From Callorhinchus milii (Eukaryota): a stretch of 64,000 nucleotides of DNA. The notes beneath the pieces are model-generated. The model worked only from the letters and a program-made list of their open reading frames with translations. It ran no database searches and had not been told where the DNA came from. Below, piece after piece: positions 50,986-62,755 of the stretch. Position numbers and translations under genes: made by a program. The stretch's first letter is position 1; each line of letters begins with the position of its first letter. The DNA lies in NCBI RefSeq assembly GCF_018977255.1, contig NW_024704742.1:28274001-28338000 (forward strand). Reading direction: 5' to 3'.

Positions 50986-52324
50986 GAGGATTTGATTAAA
51001 GTTCATTCCTCTGTTATTATTTTAATATCATTATAACTCAGCAGGGATCACTGGAAATTCCAATTAAACAAAATCATTGTTGGTAAAAATTAAAGTTCTC
51101 TTCAAATCAGCTGATTCAGCTTCACCCTGAATCCAGCAAAAATAAATTGATTTATATTTTTATGTCCTGGGATCTACACACACCATTAACAAATTTAATC
51201 ACTGCTTGCTCAAAACCCCAGCTCTGAATGGCCCATTCGCAGAATGGCTTAGGTTTTAACACACACCACATTGGAGTTAGCAAAGACATCATTTGTCAAG
51301 TGTTAAAGATAATGTTGAACACTCAGAACTCTTTGTTTCAGCACTAAGCACTTCCATTATCAAACAATTGCTTTAAAACCACAGCAACGTTTAGCAGCTT
51401 GGAGATTGCTTCCAAAGATCAGCATTCATCATTCTGTGTTGTCTTTCCCGATGATACTCCTGCTAAGATTAAAATTACCACTTTTCAGGAGTTGCTTCCA
51501 AGGCTACCTATATTGTTGCATGAACCTGCATTTTGCAGCATATGTTTAATTATAAATTTCCACTGCTTTGTTACTTATGGACTGGGCACATGAATTAGCT
51601 TTGAGTGTGATATGTGGAGCAAGGAACAAAGGTTGACAGTGCTGGATAATGGAGTATTTTTCCACTTTGCATCTGGTGACAATACTTAGCACTCTAGGTC
51701 ATGCACACTGTGGAATCGTTTCAATGATGGACATCTCAGTGTGTCCCAAGGAGCATCGTCAGACACAGCTTCACTAAACACTTCTTGCTGTACTAGGTTA
51801 CATTTTCATTTAGCTTGAGTTAATCTCAGACTTTGGACAAGCAGACAAATGAGCCTGTTGACTAATATGGGATGGCACAAGTCCATTTCAGATTGAACTA
51901 AGAATAGCCACCAGTGATTTTCAATGATTGGTCTAAAGGAAGTATCTGAGACTGCTATCATTGGACCCATAGAGGCAGACAATGGTCTATTAATATATGT
52001 TTCCTCATTTATGCCAAACAACATCTTTCTACTCTTTAGGATGCTAACATCTAAGTAATATTTATGTCCCTTTAAGACTGCCACAGAATTGCTATTGCAT
52101 TATGTTTTCTGTCGTACATAATGGTAACAACACTGAACTTTCATGTTGATCAATACCCAAATCACTGAGAATACCGCTACAGTTTGTGGGACTCGCACAT
52201 CACTCATCCTTGTAACACTCCCACCACCACCATCCCACCCAGCTCTCTCTATATTTCCTCACCCCAAAGAAGCTGGCAGTAAAAGGACTTTGATTGTTTC
52301 TTTATTTTCAATTTCCTCCTGCAG

Positions 52325-52438
52325 TGGTGACCTCCTGCGGTGTAAACGCAAAAGCCCCAAACAAACAATTACTTCCATTTCAGAGAGCAAGGGACTAATG
52401 CTTAACTTTATTGATTTGGAAAACAAAGAAAAGACACA
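52325..52438 (+). other. Candidate exon (114 nt, phase 2-2), product unknown
   Basis: Long pyrimidine tract TTGTTTCTTTATTTTCAATTTCCTCCTGCAG; donor CA|GTAAGG; single open frame GDLLRCKRKSPKQTITSISESKGLMLNFIDLENKEKT; no homology recognised. Confidence 0.3.
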
Positions 52439-52563
52439 GTAAGGCATTGATTATTTCCAACAAAGCCTAAAGCATACAGTTCAGAGGACACCTCATGAAA
52501 AGGCAGGGAGGTTCTTAATCCAATAGAGAAACAAAACCTTGAACAATACTTTCATGTATGCTA

Positions 52564-52740
52564 GGATAGTGCACAAGAGGACACAAGTTCAGTGATATGT
52601 ATGCAATTTTAAGTCAGGCACCAGGAAGTAGTTATTTACCTAGAGGCTAATTGACAGCAAGAATGGGTTACTACAAATGGGCTTATTTAAGAAACATGAG
52701 AACCACAATAGATTTGTTTAGGAAGGATGAAGTAAAGGAT
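52564..52740 (+). mobile_element. Old CR1 3' fragment
   Basis: ACAAGAGGACACAAGTTC (TRGH) ... CACCAGGAAGTAGTTATTTACCTAGAGG. Confidence 0.55.
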
Positions 52741-53484
52741 GACATGAGACACATAGTGCCTAATAGACTTCACAATGTACTACTTTAGCAGACATTGAAA
52801 TTAAAATGTGAGGCTTTAACCGAAGAGTAACAGGGAGGTTGGTTGATTCTTAGCTGATCTAACTTATTTGTAACTATGGGATTCAGTTACTTCATAAGAG
52901 GGATTGGTAGGTGGGGGCACTCACCTTATTTAGTTGGGAAATGGATCCTGTGGTAGGTTACTAATGATATAGCATAAATATCCTTAGATCAATACAGATG
53001 ATTAAACACATTGCAGTGAAAATGTACATTTGGCAAAAAAATACTGCCCAAGAATCAATGTGGTGCATGTGAATTACTCTGGCCTTCCCCCAACCCCTAG
53101 TCATCCCCAACACATTGAATGTTCCCACACTGAAATTGAATCACTTTGTAACATTCAACAGACTTTTTTACAACCATCTCATTACTTATAACCCTTTGCT
53201 TATACCTCCATGTTCTGCACATATAAAACTGAACATATTGTCACATTGTACATCAATTACACTTATACAACCGATGTACAATGTGACACTGGGTAACCGA
53301 GATTTCAATGCAGGTTAGTGAGTTGTATCAAATAGAACATAACAAGCAAATCCATGAGAGAACTATAGGTAATATTTTAGAATGAGTGCATGTGTAAACT
53401 ATTCTCATTGCCTCACCCTACTAGCCTCCAGTGAGAACTTCTCACAGAATCTAGAACCAGCACTGTATTCTGCTGCAAAATTGA

Positions 53485-53625
53485 TTTCACCCACAAAATA
53501 TACTGTAAAGTGAAAATTTGCAATCAATTCACTTCACAGTATATTTTGTGAAGCGTCTGAGACATCTCAAAGGTGTGATAAGGCGCGATATCAAATGCAA
53601 TGATTATTATTTTTATTATTATTAA
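53485..53625 (+). mobile_element. SINE 3' fragment with an expanded hairpin
   Basis: Tail motif GAGACATCTCAAAGGTGTGATAAGGCGCGATATCAAATGCAA. Confidence 0.8.
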
Positions 53626-54224
53626 TTACTATGAATCAGCACTGGATTTGTTGTAGAACATAACCTCAACGCAAGACATTGATATTGCTATGAGCGTCAA
53701 GTTATTTTATTCTATAAATGTTTATACTCCCCCCTCCCTCAATGCGCATAGATTTCCATGTGACATGTTTTTCTGCTCATCTAATCGAGTCTATTTCTAC
53801 TCCATCAATCAAGCAATGTCTTATCTGGTGGCTCTATCCTTGATACCTCCCTCACTTCAAGGAGTATGGGCTTCTAATCTAAAAGAGGCTATCTTGTTCT
53901 ATGCCATAATTGGTTTGTGCTGGCTTATGATTTACCACAATTCCTCCTCCATGACTCTGAAAGCCTCTTAATGACCCAGAGCAACAGCACCACTGTGCTC
54001 CTGGCAGGTGGGTCTATCAAAGTACTTTCTTTGGAACAAGGTAAAATTGATCCCTGCCATAATGATCACATGCCTTCCATCTATATCCCAGCAAATCACG
54101 AGAAACAGGAGATCTAACAGTCCTAAATAAGATATTCCCTGGAAAAAAAACCCCCACAGGATCTGGTTTGTGAGTTTCCTAAAGCAACTCAAATAATAAT
54201 GTAATGATGTGATAATAAGTCATG

Positions 54225-54604
54225 ATAATAATAATAATAATAATAATAATAATAGAGTGCTTTTCACGCTAGGTGGACATCTCAAAGTGCTTTGCAGGAT
54301 TTACTGTGAAGTTCAGTGATTACATTTGTAGGTAGATGCAGAAGCTCAGTTGTTTGTAGCATTAACACACAAACAACCTTGAAGCAAATGACCAAATGTA
54401 CATGGGGGATTGTTGGCTAGGACACCAGGAAAAACCTCAGTTTAACATTTCATCTGAAGGATAGCATCTTCAACAATCCAACACATCCCCAGCACTGTAT
54501 TGAAGTAGAAGCTCTGACTGTGGGTTTAAGTCCCGACCTGAGGCTTGAACCCACAAACTTCTGTCTCGGAGGTGAGAGTGCTGCCAATCAAGCCAAGCTG
54601 ACTC
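54225..54604 (-). mobile_element. Deu-domain SINE with ~(TAA)10 tail microsatellite
   Basis: Head GAGAGTGCTGCCAATCAAGCCAAGCTGAC; internal deletion in the Deu domain. Confidence 0.85.
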
Positions 54605-54931
54605 ACATATGCAGCTAAATTTGTTCTTTCCTCACATTATAAGTCAATTGGTTTATCTCACTGAACTATAGTTGCTCGGCTAAACTGGAATCTCACTTAA
54701 CTATCTATATTGTAAAAACAGATTCAGAGTCACTACACTTGATGCTGATTCCCTGCGAAGTGCTTTGTGACGTTTAGCTGTTGTAGAATTTGTAACAAAT
54801 TATTGTTGATCATGCTTCTTGTTATGAGGAATAATGCTCATAAGTAACTTGGAGGGGAAAATAATCTCAAAAAAATGTCTGTGGAAGTCTCTCCTCATGT
54901 ACCTTCAAAGCATCTTGTAGTGTGAAATTAC

Positions 54932-54990
54932 AAGCACTCTCAGATGCCGCCTGTTGTGGAGGGCATTATATAAATGCATGTTGTTGTTTA
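54932..54990 (+). mobile_element. L2 tail-only insertion
   Basis: AAGCACTCTCAGATGCCGCCTGTTGTGGAGGGCATTATATAAATGCATG(TTG)n. Confidence 0.75.
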
Positions 54991-55044
54991 AATAAATAAA
55001 ATCCTGCATAATATTAAAATAATAATATCCTGAACAGGATAATA

Positions 55045-55560
55045 TGAGAAACCAGGAACAAGAAAAAAAACATTTAACCTATTTCATCTCATTCCCCCCA
55101 CAGCTGGTACACAATCATATTGTCTCCCACTCCCTTCTCCTTTTAGATCCTTAATTCAAGGAATTTATTTCTAAGCCCTCCTCCTTGGTAGTGAAGTATG
55201 CCTGTTACCAACCCTTTTACTCTCATTCACTGTTCTCAACAAATGTTGATCCAGCTTCCTTTTCAGAGTACTAAATACATTATGTTTCTGTCAGTCCAGC
55301 ATCCTGTGGGGGAAAAAATTCTCCAAATTTCGATCCCATCAGAGCTTTGTACATTTTGTGTTTGTTCCCTCCAGTCTTACACATATAGAACAAGGTAAAT
55401 AGCCTGCCTCAATCTTGCCTATATCCTTCATTTTTCTTTTTCATAACTCTTAGTCTTCTTTCTGCAGCTTAAACAAGTTTAGTTGCCTGAGTCTTCCATC
55501 ACAATGTTTACCCCTGAAGCCTGGAATAATTCCAAGGAATCTTTCGTCAACCTTTTCACT
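55045..55560 (-). mobile_element. Old CR1 3' fragment
   Basis: GGAAAAAATTCTCC; CTTAGTCTTCTTTCTGCAGCTTAAACAAG (LF.L..RRLR in reverse); CCTGGAATAATT. Confidence 0.6.
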
Positions 55561-55910
55561 GTCCTAAATATAGTGAAGATAGTTTCAATTTGAAGCTTAA
55601 TATCCTAATCTTTACAAAGGAGGCTGTAGATTGGACCAATTCAGATGTACCTGGCTAATTCTTGCCATTTTATTATCTTGAACCTTTATTAGAGAATAGG
55701 AAGCAATGTTTATCCATCACTTGGTTGGGCTCTGGCTATATCTTTTTGACTCTGCAGTAGGCTAGCCCTTTAAGCGTGTGCAGCCTTCAATCCATCCCAC
55801 ATGTTGCTGGAAGTCAAGTTGGCCATAATAAAGTTGTGAACAATGTTCGAATGTGGAATTTCACAGGGTATACAGAGTTGCTTTAATTTTCTGTTACCGA
55901 ATATCTCTGT

Positions 55911-56075
55911 CTGATTTTCTCCTCCCTAAATCAAGGCAAAAGAATGATAGCAATCCTCGTGCTGGCCCAGCTTGTGATCAGTTAACTCAACACAGACTAA
56001 GGTCTGTACTGTGGTCTTCACTGTTTTTTATGACTTTGCTACTCATTGAATAAACTTGTTTAGCGACTAGGGGGT
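55911..56075 (-). mobile_element. AmnSINE2-like relic, second copy
   Basis: CTGATTTTCTCCTCCCTAA...GCCCAGCTTGTGATCAGTTAACTCAACACAGAC resembles the antisense AmnSINE2 consensus as I recall it. Confidence 0.5.
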
Positions 56076-56345
56076 ATTAATGTAACCATTTTGGTAGAGT
56101 GGACTGGTTTCCTCAAGAACCCTGTTTTCTGAGGCCTTCCAGTGTTTGACATGTTTTATAAGTTTGTGTTTTTAGAGCTGTATCCATCATGCAATTTATC
56201 ATTTACTTCAACTATTAGAGACAATTTTAGCCATGAAAACCCAATTCGAAAAGTTACTCCCACTTCTGAAATGATGGATGGGACCCTGATAGAGATTGAA
56301 ACAAGTCAAAGGTTTTAAAGGTGAGAGTTTTTAGGACAGTAAGAT

Positions 56346-56663
56346 ACAACAACAACAACAACAAGATTCCATTTATAAAGCGCCTTTCACGTCAGGAGGA
56401 CGTCCCAAGGCGCTGCACAGTTGGGTCATGACCCGAGCAGGGGGGAAATGGTCAGGGTGAGGGGAGGGAAGGGAGGGAGCGAGGAGGGGGAAGAGAGTCG
56501 AGAAGGGAGCTGAAGGCACGGTCAAAGAGAAAGGTTTTGAGACCGGCCTTGAAGGAGGAAAGGGAGGAGGCGGCGAAGGCACTGGGGGATGGAGTTCCAG
56601 AGCCTGGGGGCTGAGAGGCTGAAGGCCCGACCACCGACGGTAGGGCGGTTGGGGCGGGGGACA
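56346..56663 (-). mobile_element. Young L2 3' end
   Basis: Very similar to 30750-31085; SSFKAGLKTFLF; CpGs retained. Confidence 0.95.
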
Positions 56664-57705
56664 GACAAAATGTTCAGGTTAAATTAAGTAGAAAGTAAGT
56701 AAAATTTAACTAAAAGAGGAAAAGAAAATAGAAGAGTATTTGGGCAACAGAGTGAACAGACTTAAATTGTATCCTAAATATATTTTTTTACTTGTAATCA
56801 TACTGTATCATCAAATCATTTTGATGAGGTATTTGTTGCTATGCTCAATGTAGGGTCACATTGCTGCATGACCAAAGCCTTACAAAATTAGCTGGTCCAG
56901 CGAAATTATTTTTTACCTGTTGACCGTCTAAGGGTTAAAATTCAGACCACCTTCACAGATCAATTATATATGTAGCTCAAATTCAGTAATATGAGAAGAG
57001 GTGTAAATTTTTTGCAATATACGTCCGTACCCATCTGTTGTTTAGAACCCTCTGAACTGTTTTTTTAAACACAGGTTTCCTTCTGTGATACTGCAACAGA
57101 AAGGGAATATATCAGAGCTAATAATAAAACTGAAATTCACTGAGAGACTACAATTTTCATTTAGACTTTACCATCAGGTAAAATCAAACGATATGAGTTA
57201 TTATAAGCTCATAATTCAAATGCAGTCATATAAAGCTGATATTTATTTTTTAATAGAATGATTATAAAGTGCTGGTTTCAGCAAGGAAAACAGTATCATC
57301 ATTTAACGCAGTACGTTTGCGACAGAAACATATTTCAATAGCCTGTTAGAGTGTCTCCCTTGTGCATATCATTTTAAGATTTATTTTCAACCCCATCTTT
57401 ACAAGCTTAACTCTAAGATTTGTTTTCATTGTGCACCATTTAGCAATTTAACAATGACATGCCAAGCTGAAGTGCTCTTTGGTGGATGCCAATCCTTTCA
57501 GCCTTTACGATATCCCTCTATTCAGCCTATCCCTCTATTTTGTTCTGATTAAAACAAATATTTATTTGCAAAACTGCAGACAATGAAAAAATTAAACTCA
57601 CAGCAATGCTGGAGACCTACAGTGAGTCAATTAGCATCTTACATTCATTGGGCATTTGTCAAAAAGTGACAAGGATTGTGGGAATCCTTATATGGGATAA
57701 AATTA

Positions 57706-57760
57706 CAACAACAACTTGGATTTATATAGCGCCCTTCATGTAAGTTAACGTCTTGGAACC
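57706..57760 (-). mobile_element. L2 tail-only fragment
   Basis: (CAA)n CTTGGATTTATATAGCGCCCTTCA. Confidence 0.75.
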
Positions 57761-57762
57761 AT

Positions 57763-58065
57763 GTGGAGTCCTGTAGCGTATTGGTTAGAGCACTTGTCTC
57801 ACAAGCAAGAGGTCGTGGGTTTGATTCCCGGGCAGCGCAAAACCTTAGGCAAGTTTCCTTACTTCGAACTCCTCTGTTTACCTAGCAGTAAGTAGGAACT
57901 CAGTTGTTAGTCGATTGACGGATCACTTTCCGAGGGTAATAATCTCTTCAAATAAATAATGTAACATTAATTTAGTCACTCAATCCATAACTGTTTGTGG
58001 AACATTGCTGTGCACAATTGACTGCTGTGTTTCACCCACAAAATATAGTCAATTCATTTTATAGT
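57763..58065 (+). mobile_element. CORE-type SINE, long form, tail truncated
   Basis: TGTGGAGTCCTGTAGC...CCTCTGTTTACCTAGCAGTAAGTAGG. Confidence 0.9.
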
Positions 58066-58330
58066 AGTTATTATTATGAAGTTGACTGAAACTACTTCCT
58101 TGAATCTTCAGTAAAATGTTTCTTATATATCCAAAGGCATACTGAAGGCCAAATAAAACTTGTAGCATATATAGTCTAGACATGCGTTGCCATGGAATGA
58201 GTGAATCAACCTTGGGTTATAGGACAGATGAGTTTTATTAAGCCCAAAGCTAAACTGACCATTTTTTTCAACCTGTTTAAAATGCACTAAAAGCTGAATA
58301 CTCCCAATCCATATCCACTGATAACTCAGA

Positions 58331-59045
58331 GTGTCAGCCTGGCTCAGTTGGTAACACTCTTGCCTCTGATTCTGAAACCCTGGTCCATGCCTTTCTCACC
58401 TCTCGGCTGGACTACTCCAACGCCCTCCTCGCCGGTCTCCCATCCACTACCATCCATAAAATCCAGATCATTCAAAACTCTGCCGCCCGCATTCTCACCC
58501 GCACAAAACTCCGCTCCCCGATCACACCAGTCCTTACCAGACTGCAATGGCTTTTCTGTCCCAGAGAGGATCGATTTCAAGATCCTCACCCTTGTATTCA
58601 AGTCCTTGCACTCCTCTGCACCCCCCTACCTCTCTGACCTCCTCTCTCCTCAAAACAGTACCCGTTGCCTTCAGTCTTGGGAGATTGAACTCTTTGTAAG
58701 GGCTGACAGTTCAGTGCAGAGCTAGGGGAGTGCTGCATTGTCAGAGATGTTGTCCTTCTCATGAGGCTTATTTGGTTTGCCTATACATGAGGATGGTAAA
58801 GATCCCACAGCACTATTTGAAAAGAGAAGGGAGTTTCTCCCAATTCTCTGGCCAACAATCATCCACATTAAAAAAGTTCTTTCCCCTTCATGATTGTTTG
58901 TAGGCTATTGCTGTGAGTAAATTTACTGCTTCCTTTGCCTACAAATATAGTCACTATACTTTATAGTAAATCCTACAAAATGCTTTGCAATAAGATGTTA
59001 AGGCACTATATCAAATTCAGGAATGGTGATGATTATTATTAGTTA
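58331..59045 (+). mobile_element. Deu-domain SINE split by an L2 fragment
   Basis: Head 58331-58371; Deu domain and tail resume at ~58700. Confidence 0.82.
58372..58676 (+). mobile_element. Internal L2 fragment without a tail
   Basis: [22 protein letters not shown]...[10 protein letters not shown]...[16 protein letters not shown]. Confidence 0.92.
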
Positions 59046-59275
59046 TTTTTGTTACTAATATTATTATTATCAATACAGCCATCTAATTCTACACAGCAGA
59101 CTCCAACCTAACAAACTATTTTCCTCGTAACACCATTTTGCTACATTTTTGTTGCTCGTTGTCAGATAAAAAACAGTCATCAACATTTATTTGTGGCTTT
59201 CCTCTATATACGTTCCAGCTACAGAATGCTCTATTTAATGCTTTCTTTAGGGTTCTTAGATACCCTAACCCTAAG

Positions 59276-59594
59276 TGTGGAGCCCTGTAGCTCAGTGGTT
59301 AGAGCACTCGCTTTGCAAGAGAGAGACCTGAGTTCAATTCCAGGCAGAGGGCGAAACCTTGGGCAAGTTTCCTTACTCCACACGCCTAATAATAATCCCT
59401 CCAAAACCAAAACCAATAATAAATTGGTCATTTTCAATCCATGATTGTTTGTGGGACACTGCTGTGCGCAATTCGCTGCCGCGTTTGCCCACAAATATGC
59501 AGTCAATTCACTTTACAGTATATTCTGTGAAGCGCTTTGGGACGTCTAGAAGACGTGAAAAGTGCTATATCAAATGCAAGGATTATTATTATTA
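59276..59594 (+). mobile_element. CORE-type SINE, short (young) form, full length
   Basis: Near-identical to the other short copies; TAGAA tail loop. Confidence 0.96.
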
Positions 59595-60856
59595 TACACA
59601 TTCAGGCTTCAGAGTTAACTCTCCAGATTTTTCTCTAGGACCCTACAGGCTTTCTGGTGATGTTCCAAGTTTCCTCCACTGTTGTTTGACACTCTAGATG
59701 ATAATGATAGTTATTGACTCTCTGGATCCTGGAAGGCGTGAAATGTTTCCAGACGAGTGTTTAAGATCCTGATTAATGCTGGCTAGTTCCTGCAACAGAC
59801 AATCAAATCTCTGGGTAGTTCTAAGACTTCCCCAATCAAAAATCATGTGCGAGTTTGTATAAAGACTCGAAAACAAGGTTTAATGCTAAGGTTGAATTCT
59901 AATTTGGCCCAACAAGCCGTGTTATTCAGGAACTGTTTTGAAATGTGTTGATTCAGTGAAACGTCACCCACGTCTAGCTTTTCTTTTGGAGTAAATCTGG
60001 TATAGCTTCAACTTAAAACAAACAAATACCAGTTGTAATGTGTTACTATGAAATTAGCAAAATAGTGTCATTCATTTGTATGAGTTCCATATTAGAGAGA
60101 GGATTTCAGACAGATACATGGCTACATGCTGATTTTGCATTCTAAGTGTCTCCTCTACCCCGAATACACATGTAACTTGTTAAGCTGTAGTTTGGAGATA
60201 TACAGTGCAGAACAGTAATATAAACAGGACATACCACACTGGTTCTGATGCGATACAACATTTATAAACTTACACTCGAATGCACAAAATACAAGTAATG
60301 AAGTAACAGTGTGTTATGTTTGTTCAGGCCTGCAGGTTGTACAAATGTTGAGTTACACTGGGGCTTGTGTGATCCTCAGTTTACACTAAGGCTAAGTGAC
60401 TGGAGTACTTTTTTTTCATGCCTTCTAATGGAAGTTCACGAAAGGGCTTGATATTTATGTACTGAGTCACAGAAAACTGCTGAGTTATGTAGGAATGTAC
60501 AACACTGGAAAGAATCATTGCAGGTCCCAAAGTAAACTAGAAACCTATAACTAATGTGAGTTGTTGCCATACAGTCATTTGGTCTTTCAACCACATTAAA
60601 TGCAGACTTTGGGGATCAAAAAGCTCTCCTAGTGGGGGGAGGGCGGAAGAAGTTGGGGGGAGCATTGCAAATAAATCCCTGGGTCAGAAAACGTTCCCTC
60701 AGGACATAAAGGTTGACTCCCCAGGGAGTGTATGTCACATTGGCTCTCAAAAAACTGTGCTCCAAACTGAGATGTCAGTACAGCTTGGTTCTCGAGGATT
60801 GACGTGATGTACATATGATTCTCTGCAGGAGATGCAGGTCCAGAAATTCCACAAGG

Positions 60857-61110
60857 TTCCAGACAGGGCGAAACCTTGGGCAAGTTTCCTTACTCCACAC
60901 GCCTAATAATAATCCCTCCAAAAACAATAATTAAATTGGTCATTTTCAATCTACGACTGTTTGTGGGACATTGCTGTGCGCAATTGGCTGCCGCGTTCGC
61001 CCACAAATATACAGTCAATTCACTTTACAGTGTGTTCTGTGAAGCGCTTTGGGAGGTCCTCCCGACGTGAAAAGCGCTATACCAAATGCAAGGATTATTA
61101 TTATTATTAT
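60857..61110 (+). mobile_element. CORE-type SINE, short form, 5'-truncated
   Basis: Begins at the B-box end; CTCCC tail loop; (ATT)n. Confidence 0.95.
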
Positions 61111-61127
61111 AATCTTTGCATGTAAGG

Positions 61128-61285
61128 CTATTTTATCCTACAATTTAAGATATCATGGCATTGTGGAAACGTCTTCAATTCAACCTTAATTTGGAAGCCG
61201 TTTAAAGAAAACCTGCTTCCAAAGCAAGATTGAGTTTAAGAATTTTCTGCAATTTTGCACAATCTTAAATTGTAAGATGAAATAG
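61128..61285. repeat. 158-bp imperfect palindrome (MITE-like element, copy 3)
   Basis: Outer arms 61128-61151 and 61262-61285 are 22/24 complementary; inner TTTGGAAGC / GCTTCCAAA. Confidence 0.85.
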
Positions 61286-61639
61286 AGCTGTCATTAGCTC
61301 TGCATTTCGCTGACAAACTATTTCTCAATCCCACAGTAGAGATGGTAGCTCAAAATTCTCGCTCAAAAGTTTAATAGGGGATTTTCATTTGCAGTCTGGC
61401 ATCATAGTTTACATCTCCTTTTTCTTTCATTTCCTACTCAGCATAGAGTTGTGCAGGCCAACCAGTGTTTTCTTCAAATGAATATTGCGCACCTTCTATT
61501 CTCTTCTCCTTCATGTATGCATCAGATATTCCCTTAAATACATTGATGGTGTGGTGTGCGATTTTGTTTTGCGTTTTTCATATACTGTATTTAATAAATC
61601 TGAACTTTTTGTGTGAAGGAATTTAGAATTGCACAGATT

Positions 61640-61760
61640 GTAAACCACCGAAACAAACTATTCATCCCCACTATTCCGTGCCGGTGTTTATACGCCACAT
61701 GAGAATCTGCCCCTGCTAATCCCCTCACCCAATACCCCTTCCACTCCCCTCTATTCCCTT
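61640..61760 (-). mobile_element. CR1-type 3' end fragment
   Basis: CCGTGCCGGTGTTTATACGCCACATGAG resembles a chondrichthyan CR1 3' UTR in antisense. Confidence 0.45.
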
Positions 61761-62221
61761 CTCCCTTATGTGTACAGCTGTGTTTTATTTTTTTCCCGAT
61801 TTTTATGATGAAGTTTAAATGTTTACTTCGGTCTCCAGAGCAAAGCATTTGTTCTGGCATGAAATTTGATCACAGAGTGCAGCAGTTAGCTTGCAATTGT
61901 CAAAATAGTTCCATGAAACAAATGCTATCGTACAGCTCAAGAGACCACAACTGTTGCGCTAAATTGTTATTCTTTCCACGTGAGGGAGTCCTCATTAGAA
62001 GGGATAATGAGGGCCTCACCGATGAATGAAGTAAATTGTACCTCGCCATTCTCCCATTGTATTTCCTCTTTTTATCCAATACTGAATCAAACTCAAAATC
62101 ATGATCCAATTTTTTTCCTTGTTGAGTATCTGCAACTGAACCAAGATATAGGAATATCAGTGCAAGTGCCTAAGGTATAACTAAGGTGCTTGCAAAAAAG
62201 TACTCAAAGTTTTTTTTAAAA

Positions 62222-62755
62222 AAATACAATACGTTTATGTCGGGAAAACATCACGAAACACATTCACTGTGTTGGATGGACACCTGAGCTGGGGGTGGCG
62301 GGAGCCAAGGGGGGGTGGGGAGGAGAAAGATGACCGAAAGCATGGTCAAAGAGACATACCTTGAATGCATGCGGAGTGAGAGAGAGCTGCAGGAACACAG
62401 GGATGGAGTTTGACAAAGTAGGGGCAGAATTGCTGGAAGCCAGTGATGGGACGAATAGATCAGGGGATTTGAAGGTGCTTGCAGATCGAAGAATAGGGTC
62501 GGAGGAGGTGATAGAGATAGGACGAGGTGAAACCATGGAGTTAATTAAGGGTGAGAATAAGGATCTTGAACTCAATCCATTGGGGGATGGGGACCCAATA
62601 GATCTGAGTGAGAATGGGGTGATAGTCAGGACCTGGATAGCCTGTAGCTTGTATGGGGTAGAGCTGGGGAGTTCAGCGAGCAGAGTTAGCATAGTCAAGC
62701 CTGGGTGTGATAAAGGTATGGACATGGGTCTCAGTGGCATGAGGGGAGAGGTAGA
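62222..62755 (-). mobile_element. Older L2 3' fragment
   Basis: LLAELPSSTPYKLQAIQ, NSIP, FKVCLFDHAF. Confidence 0.85.

Noticed and set aside
59247..59274. Telomere-like TTAGGG ... CCCTAACCCTAA
   Set aside because: Only three hexamers; expected by chance
59359..59697. Recurrent MGKFPYSTRLIIIPPK ORFs as a gene family
   Set aside because: Chance read-through of the short SINE; stops and frames vary between copies
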